NCBI GenBank assembly: GCA_024720975.1
Contig: JANJXX010000001.1
Location: 80,970-144,969, forward strand
Length of the DNA: 64,000 nt
DNA from: Thermoproteota archaeon
GTDB taxonomy: Archaea; Asgardarchaeota; Njordarchaeia; Njordarchaeales; Panguiarchaeaceae
Reading direction: 5' to 3'
Of the stretch, positions 27,392 through 37,008 are shown in pieces. The notes below the pieces were generated by a model, which was not told the DNA's origin, ran no database searches, and saw nothing but the letters and a program-made list of their open reading frames with translations. Positions within the stretch are counted from its first letter, which is position 1. Each line of letters starts with the position of its first letter. A program made the position numbers and the translations under genes.

Positions 27392-28390
27392 CTATAAGTA
27401 GTCGCTACGATCTACCACATTTTTCGGCTTCTCCCCTCTAATGTACTTGATAATGTTTTCTAAGGCTGCTATTAGGACCCTATCTCTTATTTCGGGTGCA
27501 AAGCCAGCTATATGAGGGGTCATTATAACATTAGGAAGCTCATGAAATGGGTAATCTTGATACGCTGGCTCTAAGTCCTTTGACGGATACCGCCACCAAA
27601 CATCAAGACATGCAACGAAATTCGGATTATCTCTTAAATGCTCGTATAAAGCTTTTTGATCTATTACCTCGCCGCGACTTACATTAACTAGGATTGCAGT
27701 TGACTTCATCAAATTAAGTTCCCTCTTTCCAATCATACCGCGTGTGTACTTTGTTAAGGGAACGGCTACAACGACAACATCTGAATTCTGGAGCACTATG
27801 TCTAATTTGTCTGGAGTACCAATGAAATCTACATTCACGTCAGCCACTCCAGAGCGATTGATTGCAAAGACGCGCATTCCAAAAGCTTTAGCTATTCTCG
27901 CCACACTTTGCCCAACATTTCCGAGTCCAATAATACCCATAGTCTTATTCTGCAAGACAAATCCGTAATCTCTGCGTTTCCAAATGCCCTTTCTCATATT
28001 TTGGTCGTGATAAATGATCTTTTTAGCAGCAGCCAATATCATAGCCCAAACATGCTCAGCGACAGCAATAGCATTTGCACCTGCATTTGTGCATACCAAA
28101 ACTTTTTCCGGCAAGCTGTGAAACGGTATATAATCTGCTCCTGCAGACAATGTTTGTATGAGCTTGAGATTTCTTGTATCTCTCAATATTTCCTGTGTCA
28201 GATCTAAGCCACTTCCGGTGAGAATTACGTCTACCTCTGGTAGCAATCTTTCTAATTGCTCTGCACTTAATTCATCGATAAAGTGCACTTCGGCATGCTT
28301 ACTCAGAATTGAGGTGATGATCTCCTTATCTTCAGGTCTAGCCTTAAACGTTACTAATACTCTCAAGTTAACCTCCTGATTAGAGTCCAT
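27392..28390 (-). CDS. D-isomer-specific 2-hydroxyacid dehydrogenase (NAD-binding)
   Basis: GIIGLGNVGQSVARIAKAFGMRV Rossmann motif, then the catalytic region VNVSRGEVID ... MTPHIAG. Confidence 0.85.
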   Translation of the reverse strand: MDSNQEVNLRVLVTFKARPEDKEIITSILSKHAEVHFIDELSAEQLERLLPEVDVILTGSGLDLTQEILRDTRNLKLIQTLSAGADYIPFHSLPEKVLVCTNAGANAIAVAEHVWAMILAAAKKIIYHDQNMRKGIWKRRDYGFVLQNKTMGIIGLGNVGQSVARIAKAFGMRVFAINRSGVADVNVDFIGTPDKLDIVLQNSDVVVVAVPLTKYTRGMIGKRELNLMKSTAILVNVSRGEVIDQKALYEHLRDNPNFVACLDVWWRYPSKDLEPAYQDYPFHELPNVIMTPHIAGFAPEIRDRVLIAALENIIKYIRGEKPKNVVDRSDYL

Positions 28391-28432
28391 TTTAATAATC
28401 TGTTAATCTCTTGAAAACATGCGAGGATAAGA

Positions 28433-29239
28433 ATGAACCCAGAAATTACCATAAAAGTTGAGCAATACTTAAAGCATGTGGAAAAACTAGTGAAGACAAT
28501 TCTTGGGGAAAACTTAGTAAGTTTAGTTGTATTCGGCTCATTTGTGAGAGGTGAGTTATCTAAGTCATCTGATATTGATATTTTAATTGCTGTTAAGGAC
28601 CGTATTCATCCGAGCGTAGCCGAGTTAATGAGAAAGTTATATGCTCTCGAGCAAAAGTATGGATTCTCATTCTGTCCTAAGGGCTTCTTTGGTAGACTCT
28701 TCTATTCACTAAGCAGAGCGACTGGCATGTTTAGATCCATATTCATAGCCGAAGCGAAAGCAATAAAGAACTGGGAATTCTCGAAAGTCTTCAACACGAG
28801 TGTATTTATGACTCGTTTGCTAGCGCCAAAAGAAGCTGTTAAGTTCACGATTTTGAGCGCATATAAAGTTATCTACGGATCAGATCCATTTAAGGACTTG
28901 AGTATAAAGGAACCAAATCATGTAGAGATTATTAAGAGTCTCCTAATGAATCTACTGCTGGCGTTGGCATCGTTTGTGCTTCTCCCACTACATAGGGAGA
29001 CATACAAGTTTATTTATGAGGCAGTGAAATGGTCTTTGTTTTGCTATGCATATTCAACTCAACGAAAGCCAGTGATCAATGAACTCTTAAAGACTTTTTA
29101 CAAAAAGTCGAAAAGAGATGTTGAAGGTTTTATTGCAACCCGTAAGAATAATAAACTCGACTCTAGTTTGCTCTTGTATGGTATACCTATGATTATTAAA
29201 ATCCATATTCAATCTCTTAAGGAACTAAAGCAGAGATAA
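28433..29239 (+). CDS. Nucleotidyltransferase (Pol-beta/MNT-type) domain protein with a helical C-terminal extension
   Basis: VVFGSFVRGELSKSSDIDILIAV matches the G-S ... D-x-D minimal NTase motif. Confidence 0.65.
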   Translation: MNPEITIKVEQYLKHVEKLVKTILGENLVSLVVFGSFVRGELSKSSDIDILIAVKDRIHPSVAELMRKLYALEQKYGFSFCPKGFFGRLFYSLSRATGMFRSIFIAEAKAIKNWEFSKVFNTSVFMTRLLAPKEAVKFTILSAYKVIYGSDPFKDLSIKEPNHVEIIKSLLMNLLLALASFVLLPLHRETYKFIYEAVKWSLFCYAYSTQRKPVINELLKTFYKKSKRDVEGFIATRKNNKLDSSLLLYGIPMIIKIHIQSLKELKQR

Positions 29240-29265
29240 AAAATCACCGAGACATTTTAAGACAT

Positions 29266-30354
29266 TTAAAAGATAAACCAGGAGCGACTGGATTTCCGCC
29301 AAGCATTATCGTCAGAGTACTTTATATTTATCTCTGCCCCGCAAAACATACAACGACCATCTTTAAGGTGCCACTCTAGAATTGAAAAACCATATCGCGC
29401 TATAAGAAGTTTTCCACACCCTGGACAGTATGTATTGTCATATGCATGACCAGGTACATTTCCTAGATAAACGTACTTCATGCCAATCTCCTTGGCTAAC
29501 TTATAATGCTTCTCAAGTGTTCTTACTGGCGTTGGAGGTAAATTTGCTAGCTTATACTGAGGGAAGAATCTGATAAAATGTATGGGAACGTCTGGCCCAA
29601 GATTGTCGTAGATCCACCTCATTAATTTTTGGGCATCCTCAATTCTATCGCCTATTTCTGGTACTATCAAGTCCGTTATTTCAACATGGATTTTCTTGTC
29701 TTTAAGCATTAACAATGTGTCGAATATTGGCTGTGGATCATGAACTCCTGCGTATTTTCCCATGAATTCAGGGTTTGCATTGCCTTTTATATCAACTGCT
29801 GCCGCGTCGAGAAACTTAGCTAGGTACTCGACTGCCTCTTCAGTCATATAGCCATTAGTGACAAAAACATTGAACAACCCCTTTTTCTTAGCCTGAACTC
29901 CAACATCGTGTGCGTACTCCATAAATATTGTTGGCTCATTATAAGTATATGCAAGCCCGTCTGAGTTATATTCTATTGCTAGAGAGACCATTACGTCTGG
30001 GGGAATATCCTCCCCCTCAACACGCCTTCTCTGGGACATATGATAATTGCAGCAATAAGCGCAAAGAAAGTTACATCCAGTAGTACCAAAGCTCAGGACC
30101 CAGCTACCAGGGTGAAAATGATAGAGTGGTTTTTTCTCTATGGGATCCAAGTTGACGGCGTATGCTTTTCCGTAGACGAGTAAATATAATCTTCCATCCA
30201 AATTCTTTCGCACACCGCATACTCCAATCTGTCCAGGCTTGAGCTTGCACCTTCGACCACAAGCGGTACATTCAACAATATTATCGATTCTCTTGTATAA
30301 AGTCGCCTCTTTCATAGAACACGCCATGATAGCAGACATCTTGTTAAGAACCAT
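29266..30354 (-). CDS. AmmeMemoRadiSam-type radical SAM enzyme (PflA-like activase family)
   Basis: N-terminal Cys-rich region (CTACGRRCKLKPGQIGVCGVRKN), radical SAM cluster motif CNFLCAYCCNY, and C-terminal CPGCG ... CMFCG. The likely true start is the ATG at 30315 (MKEATLY). Confidence 0.75.
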   Translation of the reverse strand: MVLNKMSAIMACSMKEATLYKRIDNIVECTACGRRCKLKPGQIGVCGVRKNLDGRLYLLVYGKAYAVNLDPIEKKPLYHFHPGSWVLSFGTTGCNFLCAYCCNYHMSQRRRVEGEDIPPDVMVSLAIEYNSDGLAYTYNEPTIFMEYAHDVGVQAKKKGLFNVFVTNGYMTEEAVEYLAKFLDAAAVDIKGNANPEFMGKYAGVHDPQPIFDTLLMLKDKKIHVEITDLIVPEIGDRIEDAQKLMRWIYDNLGPDVPIHFIRFFPQYKLANLPPTPVRTLEKHYKLAKEIGMKYVYLGNVPGHAYDNTYCPGCGKLLIARYGFSILEWHLKDGRCMFCGAEINIKYSDDNAWRKSSRSWFIF

Positions 30355-30426
30355 ACAAATGCTATAATGAAAAGTATTATGTTGTTGCAGTGCATTTAAT
30401 TGGACTATAATTTGCTCGGTTGCCAG

Positions 30427-32097
30427 TCATTCTTCAGTGTGAAACTCTAAGTGTTTTGCAACAATTTTGAGAGCCCTCCGTGGTAGATCTTCCAGGCTTC
30501 GTATTCTGACTAGGAACCCTCCTTCCCTCTTTATGCTTTCTAGGTCAAGCATTTTGCCACTCGCACCTTCAGCTTCTATATGAAGAAAATACAAAGTTTG
30601 CCTTCTCGAGAGTCTTCGCAATAATTCTTCAGCTTCCTTCTTGTTGTATATTGCCGCGTCACTAAGAACTATAATCAGTACGCGTCCCCTGCCCTTGAGA
30701 ACCCTAAGAATCTCTTCGGTGGGTAGGTGAGTTCCACCGTTTTGGTGAATCATTAAAGTGTCCTCTATTTTTTCCCTGTTGCGTGTAAACGGGCATACAT
30801 AACCTCTATTAGAGAAGTTTACGACACCAATAGAACTGCCCATGCTCAGGGCGCATTCAGTAATTCCAAATGCAGCTACTAATGCTATATCGAATTTTGA
30901 ACCTATTGGATATTTTATTCCTAGCTTCTTATTCAGTGCTTCCTGCTCTTTTAGACTCTCCCTGGATGTTCCAGGAATTTGACTCATCGAGCCTGAAGAG
31001 TCTATCACTATCAAAATGTCTGGAACTATCCCTCGCACAATATATGGTGATGTTTCTATGCGCTCCCATTTCTTTGTTGTGTACCCAGGAATCATTGCGG
31101 GAGATATGCTTGTTGATACGTACGGGTCCAGCTTTTCGATAGGATCATATACATCCCAAGTTGCTGGATAGTCCACCTCGTAACGTTTACTGATGTTCTG
31201 AGAGCCAATAATTACTTTTACGAGCTTCCTGGATCGCTCACGATACCAAAATCTAAGAATTTCACTCGGGATGGCAGCAACAGTACTAAATAGAGCCGGA
31301 GCTGCTGTAACTGTGTCACCTTCGAATGTCTTATAGATCATTTTTATAATTCTCTCGAAAATAAACGGTCCTGCGTCGATTTGAACTGCAAGAATTGGTA
31401 TGAATTCTCTCAGATAGTCGTATGTGAACTGAGAGGTTATCGGAGCTAACTCTATAGGCTTAAAAAAGTTTGCTATGTATGCAGCTAAATCACCTGCTAT
31501 TTTCGGCCAAGATGTTGGACTTGTTACGTTCTTAGTGAATATAATCTCATATAACCTTCCACCAATCTCCCTTGACTTTTCATCAGTTATGTGAAATATT
31601 TCCTCGCCTAGCATCAGGTTGTATGCGTGCATAACTGGTTTTGATAGAATACCAAGCCCCGAAAACGATTTTTTCAGAAGCTTTAAGCCGCGGACTACTG
31701 CCTCTGGACTAATATGAGAGACATGGAAGTCGGCTAAGAGTTCTATGAGTATCGTAGCTGCTGCTAAGCCAGTTACAACATCTGAGTTATTGATTGCAGA
31801 GAGAATTATTTGTAATGCTCTGGCTTCATTAGCAGGACAGAAAGTTCTGTACGCAAAAACCTTTAGTATAGCATATCTAAGTAGTGCTTCTGCATTCCCC
31901 TCCTTTAACAGTTTCAATCTATTAGCGATAAATATCAACTTACGGTTTCTCCTATCAAAGACAAATTTTGGACCGCGAAAGATAGATAATTTTATCGTGA
32001 GCGGAATTTTAGGATTCGTACCTAAGTCACTTAGTATGCTTTCGTTAACCTTTTTTACTAGCCTCTCTAGCCTTTTTCTCGTTAGGAGACTTCGCAT
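30427..32097 (-). CDS. VWA-domain protein (C-terminal MIDAS) with a ~350-aa N-terminal region of unknown function
   Basis: The MIDAS motif ILIVIDSSGSMS and downstream VWA strands (LIIVLSDAAIY) are present. The start overlaps the AAA+ gene stop by 16 nt. Confidence 0.75.
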   Translation of the reverse strand: MRSLLTRKRLERLVKKVNESILSDLGTNPKIPLTIKLSIFRGPKFVFDRRNRKLIFIANRLKLLKEGNAEALLRYAILKVFAYRTFCPANEARALQIILSAINNSDVVTGLAAATILIELLADFHVSHISPEAVVRGLKLLKKSFSGLGILSKPVMHAYNLMLGEEIFHITDEKSREIGGRLYEIIFTKNVTSPTSWPKIAGDLAAYIANFFKPIELAPITSQFTYDYLREFIPILAVQIDAGPFIFERIIKMIYKTFEGDTVTAAPALFSTVAAIPSEILRFWYRERSRKLVKVIIGSQNISKRYEVDYPATWDVYDPIEKLDPYVSTSISPAMIPGYTTKKWERIETSPYIVRGIVPDILIVIDSSGSMSQIPGTSRESLKEQEALNKKLGIKYPIGSKFDIALVAAFGITECALSMGSSIGVVNFSNRGYVCPFTRNREKIEDTLMIHQNGGTHLPTEEILRVLKGRGRVLIIVLSDAAIYNKKEAEELLRRLSRRQTLYFLHIEAEGASGKMLDLESIKREGGFLVRIRSLEDLPRRALKIVAKHLEFHTEE

Positions 32098-33743
32098 TGT
32101 CCTCCCAATGCATCAACAATTGCATCCAAAGTATCGTGCCACAAAGTGAATGCTTTTAGTATTACTGGCGCATTGTCTCTATCATCCACTACAATGATCT
32201 CAAAAATCTCTGACCCCTTATCTATTCTTATCGAGGCGGGCGGGTTTAAAGTGCTAGATATATCTCTGCCGAGTATTTGCGATAGCTGAGCTATGTTTTG
32301 TTTCCATGTTTTAAATTCGGTCAATACCTTCTTTCCATTTTCACGTAGTTGTGACGTATAGAATCTTACTAGGGCTGAGTATTGAATTGGATTTAGCTTT
32401 CCCTTGGCTTTCTCCAAAATTTCGTTTATTCTAGCTTTTTCGCGCAATTCTATGCTAGATTTTAACTCATTAACAGTGTTAATATATTTGTCCTCGAGGA
32501 AATAGTCTATGAATGGTTCAAGCTCAAACTTCACCACTATGTCGTCTTCTCGCACGTTCTTTATCGTTTTAATCATTCGCGGATCAACTTTTCCTGCCTT
32601 CAGATTCTCATAAGCCTGTATTATTGGGAGCCTTTGCAGGAAGTTTCTGAGGACAGATTCAACTATATGTTTCGCAAATCTGAATCTGTCGAAACCAAAT
32701 TCTTCTAGATGTTTGTCGGAGAATCTCAGACGATGCCATATGACGTATGGAGCTACTGTAACAACAACACTTAGTGGGACAGTTCTAAGACCCATAAGCC
32801 AAGCGAGAGCTTTTGCATATCTAGCTAGGTCCCTCTGAGCCCTAACACTCAACGGTGTGTAAACATACTTGCATACAGTATCAAGGTTCTCAAATTGACA
32901 ACCTACACATATTTTTGAGCCCATCTCCACGAATATTCCTGTTTCCTTGTCTACACGGTCACATAAGGATATTTCTTTTGATAAGATGCTTATGAACATC
33001 TGTGCTGCTGGCTCTAAAGGCATTGCTTCGACGTATGCCCAAGCATCTACTAATTCATTTATTGACAACACCGCTGGAACATCTTTCCTCAATACTCTGT
33101 CGTCCGGCAACAAAACTATCTCGTTCATATCATCTAGAAGTGGCGATTTTACAACAACAGCTATCCCGAATCTGTCTAGGAGTGGCATGCTTAGAGGGAA
33201 AGTACCTACATCACGTGGGTTTAATGTCGCGTAGAGAACAAATTTTCTCGAAGCAAATACGGCATCAAAATATTTTACTAGACCCTCACCGAGAAGGCTT
33301 AAAACGACATCTTGAGCGCCTGGAGATAGTCTATTTATTTCATCTATTATCTTCCAGAATGACCTGATAAAGCGCCTCCATATGACCTCCTCCTCACCCT
33401 CCTTGACAAGCTTGCCTAGGTGGAGTCGTCCAACAATTTTCTCCTCTATTAGTTGCGGATTGGCCCTAAGGATTGATGCCTCGACTTCTTCTAGTGACAT
33501 ACCAGTTAACAGCCTGCCAAGGTACTTTATTAGAGCAGTCTTTCCGTAACCATAACCACCCCATAAGAGCATTGCTCCGTTTCCAACGATGGCATTCAGT
33601 ACTGCTAACCCAGCGATTAGAGGTGCTCTAAATACCCCATTCGGAGAATCTATTTCTAGGTACTTTGTATGAACGAAAAGTCTCTCTTTCTCTAGAATTT
33701 TGAGGGCTAGAAGTATTTTGTCTCTGAGTTCTTCGTGATTCAA
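32082..33743 (-). CDS. MoxR/CbbQ-like AAA+ ATPase with a long Cys-containing C-terminal extension
   Basis: Walker A LLWGGYGYGKTAL and a Walker B / MoxR-type IDEINRLSPGAQDVVLSLL are present. About 250 extra C-terminal residues include CDRV...CVGC...C. Confidence 0.75.
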   Translation of the reverse strand: MNHEELRDKILLALKILEKERLFVHTKYLEIDSPNGVFRAPLIAGLAVLNAIVGNGAMLLWGGYGYGKTALIKYLGRLLTGMSLEEVEASILRANPQLIEEKIVGRLHLGKLVKEGEEEVIWRRFIRSFWKIIDEINRLSPGAQDVVLSLLGEGLVKYFDAVFASRKFVLYATLNPRDVGTFPLSMPLLDRFGIAVVVKSPLLDDMNEIVLLPDDRVLRKDVPAVLSINELVDAWAYVEAMPLEPAAQMFISILSKEISLCDRVDKETGIFVEMGSKICVGCQFENLDTVCKYVYTPLSVRAQRDLARYAKALAWLMGLRTVPLSVVVTVAPYVIWHRLRFSDKHLEEFGFDRFRFAKHIVESVLRNFLQRLPIIQAYENLKAGKVDPRMIKTIKNVREDDIVVKFELEPFIDYFLEDKYINTVNELKSSIELREKARINEILEKAKGKLNPIQYSALVRFYTSQLRENGKKVLTEFKTWKQNIAQLSQILGRDISSTLNPPASIRIDKGSEIFEIIVVDDRDNAPVILKAFTLWHDTLDAIVDALGGQCEVS

Positions 33744-33806
33744 AAATGCACACCAACGAATTCTAGATATTAGAACTTTTTAGTTGTATATATTGATTAA
33801 GTAACA

Positions 33807-35129
33807 TCAAACTATGCCCAGATACCTGATTGTTTTCGCATCAAGCAGTTGCCTCCAATCAGGCAAAGTCCTATCGAGAAACTCAAGAAGTTCTGAGCGC
33901 TCGATCTTCTCTAGTTCCGTGGGGGCGTAGGTGGTTATCAGCCTATTTAATGCTATTATAAGCAACCTTGAGGGCAGTTTTCTTATGAATTCTATTAGTA
34001 AATTCTTACCATAAATGGATTCCAGAAATTGTCTTATCGCTGCTGGAGGGGCTTCATAAGCGATCTTTATTATTAGGTTAAATATTTGCTTTTCGAACTC
34101 TTTCCTGCTTGCTAGCTTCTCACTTACCTTTAGAATAAATTCGATTATTTGTTCTATGCTTTGAGCCGAGGCCGTCGCAAACGATGTGTTTAAGAGGAGC
34201 ATTATCGCATTTTCAGCCTGCAATTCATCGTTTAGTATGGCATCTATGACTTTAAAAATAGGCCCTTTGTAGTATAATGCGACAACCTTGTTCAGGATCA
34301 AGTTTAATAACGATGAACTATTTCCGGAGTATGCCCTCTCATAAACTGCTAGCATCTCGGCTGGATCCATCCTTAGCGTTGTAAGAAGCACGCTGATCGC
34401 AGGCATCGCTTCGCTTCTAAGTATGTATGATATTATTGAATGCGCAGTTGCTATTGAGAAGCCAAGCAATCCGTTGAAGTTTTCACTTAGACTCCTAAGA
34501 ATTGCTTCGAATAACTCACTCTTAACAGACTTAATATAAAATATCGGCCTCACAGCAATAACAACTTTCTCTAAGGATAGCTTATTACTTACGTTATTGA
34601 AGCACTGCAAATACAGGGTAAGAAACTCCGGGTGTTCTAACACGCCCACTCCACTTAGAAAGCGCCAGAACAGCTCTGATAGGAGGAGTTCATTGGCGTG
34701 TCTACTATCATCAAACACGGGTAAGCTCTCTATTTTGATGCCATACTTTTTCAATGCACTTTCTAGGTCTCTCTTGAGCGTGGTTAGCGGGACGTTTACA
34801 TCGAGAACTTCGCTAATAATGCTTGAAACTCCTACACCAAAAGTGCTTATGAATTCTGGTGTTACTGGACTTCCATATGCTAGTAGACGTGCACGTAGTG
34901 TTTGTTTAAATTTCGCTGCGTAAAGTTTTCCACAATGTTTTGATATTAGTTCTAGTATTAAACCTACCCGCTCGTCAAATAGTTCAATGAGTCCCCCTAG
35001 ATCTATCAATTGATCGCAGACTTTCTTCTGGCCATATTTCGCTAGATAATCATCAAAGTTTTGAATAATTTCATCAATGCTTAGTGCCTCCTCACTCAAT
35101 GAAATCAACCAATATTCATTGCATGTCAT
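33807..35129 (-). CDS. Alpha-solenoid protein, first gene of the AAA+/VWA operon
   Basis: 440-aa all-helical ORF, 63 nt upstream of the AAA+ gene on the same strand. Confidence 0.6.
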   Translation of the reverse strand: MTCNEYWLISLSEEALSIDEIIQNFDDYLAKYGQKKVCDQLIDLGGLIELFDERVGLILELISKHCGKLYAAKFKQTLRARLLAYGSPVTPEFISTFGVGVSSIISEVLDVNVPLTTLKRDLESALKKYGIKIESLPVFDDSRHANELLLSELFWRFLSGVGVLEHPEFLTLYLQCFNNVSNKLSLEKVVIAVRPIFYIKSVKSELFEAILRSLSENFNGLLGFSIATAHSIISYILRSEAMPAISVLLTTLRMDPAEMLAVYERAYSGNSSSLLNLILNKVVALYYKGPIFKVIDAILNDELQAENAIMLLLNTSFATASAQSIEQIIEFILKVSEKLASRKEFEKQIFNLIIKIAYEAPPAAIRQFLESIYGKNLLIEFIRKLPSRLLIIALNRLITTYAPTELEKIERSELLEFLDRTLPDWRQLLDAKTIRYLGIV

Positions 35130-35310
35130 GTATACTCAATTCCCAACTTGTACATCTGACTTAGAATGTTATCTATTAAAGATGTTCCTTTCATCGTTAT
35201 GTTCGCAGAATGCTAACACCCGTCATTTGATCGACATCAAAACAACACACTTTTGCTTCGAAATAAAAGAATTTTTTTGATATTGCCATTTTGCTTGCAG
35301 GGTGCAATAA

Positions 35311-36228
35311 TTGAGAGATTTTCCAAGTATCATAAATGAGCTGCTAAATGCATTCAGAGAAAACTTTGAGAGATCTGGAAATGTTTGGGGATTTGAAGTT
35401 GAAATTCCCTATATTCAAGAACAAAAGTTCATATCCAATGGAAGAATGCTGGCTCTATCCACAAACGAAATTTTGATAAGAGCAATAAAGGAGGCAATTT
35501 TTGAATTCTTAATTCACGAGAACGCTAAATATCTTGATGCTAAACTACTTAAATCAGTAGAACTCAAAAGATTCGTGGAAAATAATGTCGCAAAAAACAT
35601 GGAGAAGTATCTGAGTATACTTAGGAGACTTAACCACTTAGCACAAGCCAAGAATATAAGCTTTGTACACCTTGCTGCCTCAGTTGCTCCTGAGATTATG
35701 CACTTCAATCCTAGTGCTCATATATCAGTGATTTCACCTGTCCTCGAAAAACTGAGCTCAATTCCATGTGAGGAGATTTTAGTTTATGATCCGATCGAAT
35801 ACCTCATACTTAAAGCATACGAAGCCCGTATAGGCAAGAAAGTTTATCACATTCTAGAAAAACTCAGTTTTGAAAAGCGTTCACTAAGCGAGAGGTTTAT
35901 CATCAAAGATCCTTGCATATTGACTAGAAAAGCTAACATAAACTTGCGCAACTATGTCAACAATATTCTGGAGAATCTCATACACCACCCACTATCCGGC
36001 AGTTTGACTATCTGCTGCGGGGAATTCATGTGGATAACCGCACCAAAAATCGCATTGAATAACGCTGGAGAGGTTTTGAGGGCATTGTCAAGCTATTCGC
36101 CAAGGATTCTGACTCTTTGTCCTAGCGCAACTTTCTTATTTAGCGTTGCGAAGCGGTTCTTTACTGACCTTCAAAATGTTAAAATTGTTGATCTAACAGA
36201 AGTCATTACGACTGGAGAATCACTATGA
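35311..36228 (+). CDS. Hypothetical protein, upstream partner of the Cas4-like nuclease
   Basis: The TTG start is preceded by GGTGC plus 5 nt. The 3' end overlaps the next gene by 4 nt (ATGA). No motif recognised. Confidence 0.55.
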   Translation: MRDFPSIINELLNAFRENFERSGNVWGFEVEIPYIQEQKFISNGRMLALSTNEILIRAIKEAIFEFLIHENAKYLDAKLLKSVELKRFVENNVAKNMEKYLSILRRLNHLAQAKNISFVHLAASVAPEIMHFNPSAHISVISPVLEKLSSIPCEEILVYDPIEYLILKAYEARIGKKVYHILEKLSFEKRSLSERFIIKDPCILTRKANINLRNYVNNILENLIHHPLSGSLTICCGEFMWITAPKIALNNAGEVLRALSSYSPRILTLCPSATFLFSVAKRFFTDLQNVKIVDLTEVITTGESL

Positions 36229-36998
36229 ACGCTATGGAGGTTATTGAGAAACTCAAGAAGTTGTTAGTTGAAGCTGGTCCGAATGATGCATTAACTCAAC
36301 TCGCAAATGAACTTAAACTCAATAAGCAAGATGCTTTTGCACTTGCGCAGAAAAGTATTGAGATAATAATCAAAACTAAGTTATTGCAAGCTCTTACAGC
36401 CCAACTTGAGGAAGCCAAACCCCCTCTCGAGAAAATCAATGTGACAGATTTAGCATTTCCTTGCTTGAAGCATGCATTCTACTCAAAGAAGTTCGTGAAC
36501 GAGAGGAGAGGAAAATTTAGCGAGCTTGTGACGCTCTGGGTCGGCACAAAACTACATGAAGTTAAGATACTTAACCAACATGAAGTCGAGGTTGAATATA
36601 ATGATATCTATGGTAGGGTTGATGGGTATGGCGATGGCGTTATACTTGAGCTAAAGACGACAAGAAAAATTCCACCGCAACCATTTCCTCACCACTTAAA
36701 GCAAGTTAACTACTATCGCGTCCTCCTAGAGAGAAACAATTACCCGGTGGCATTTGCTGTGATACTTTACGTTAACATAGCCAATTCCACAGCAAAGGCA
36801 TTTTTGATCCTCTTTGAACAAAGTCTTGAAGACACTGAGAGAGAAATGATCGAGAGAAAGGAGAGGCTGGTGAACGCGCTGAAATCTGATACACCTCCAC
36901 CATCTATACCCGAAGAGCCCTGGGCATGCGACTACTGTGACTTTGCATACCTATGTGGGCTACAGAGAGAAACACCACCGAGGAAAGATCTGCTCTAG
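36225..36998 (+). CDS. Cas4/RecB-like PD-(D/E)XK nuclease with a 4-Cys cluster (stand-alone, no CRISPR context)
   Basis: N-terminal Cys motif FPCLKHAFY, then GTKLHE, motif II YGRVDGY, motif III ILELKT, QxxxY (LKQVNYY), and C-terminal CDYCDFAYLC. Confidence 0.8.
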   Translation: MNAMEVIEKLKKLLVEAGPNDALTQLANELKLNKQDAFALAQKSIEIIIKTKLLQALTAQLEEAKPPLEKINVTDLAFPCLKHAFYSKKFVNERRGKFSELVTLWVGTKLHEVKILNQHEVEVEYNDIYGRVDGYGDGVILELKTTRKIPPQPFPHHLKQVNYYRVLLERNNYPVAFAVILYVNIANSTAKAFLILFEQSLEDTEREMIERKERLVNALKSDTPPPSIPEEPWACDYCDFAYLCGLQRETPPRKDLL

Positions 36999-37008
36999 AC
37001 ACCTTATG

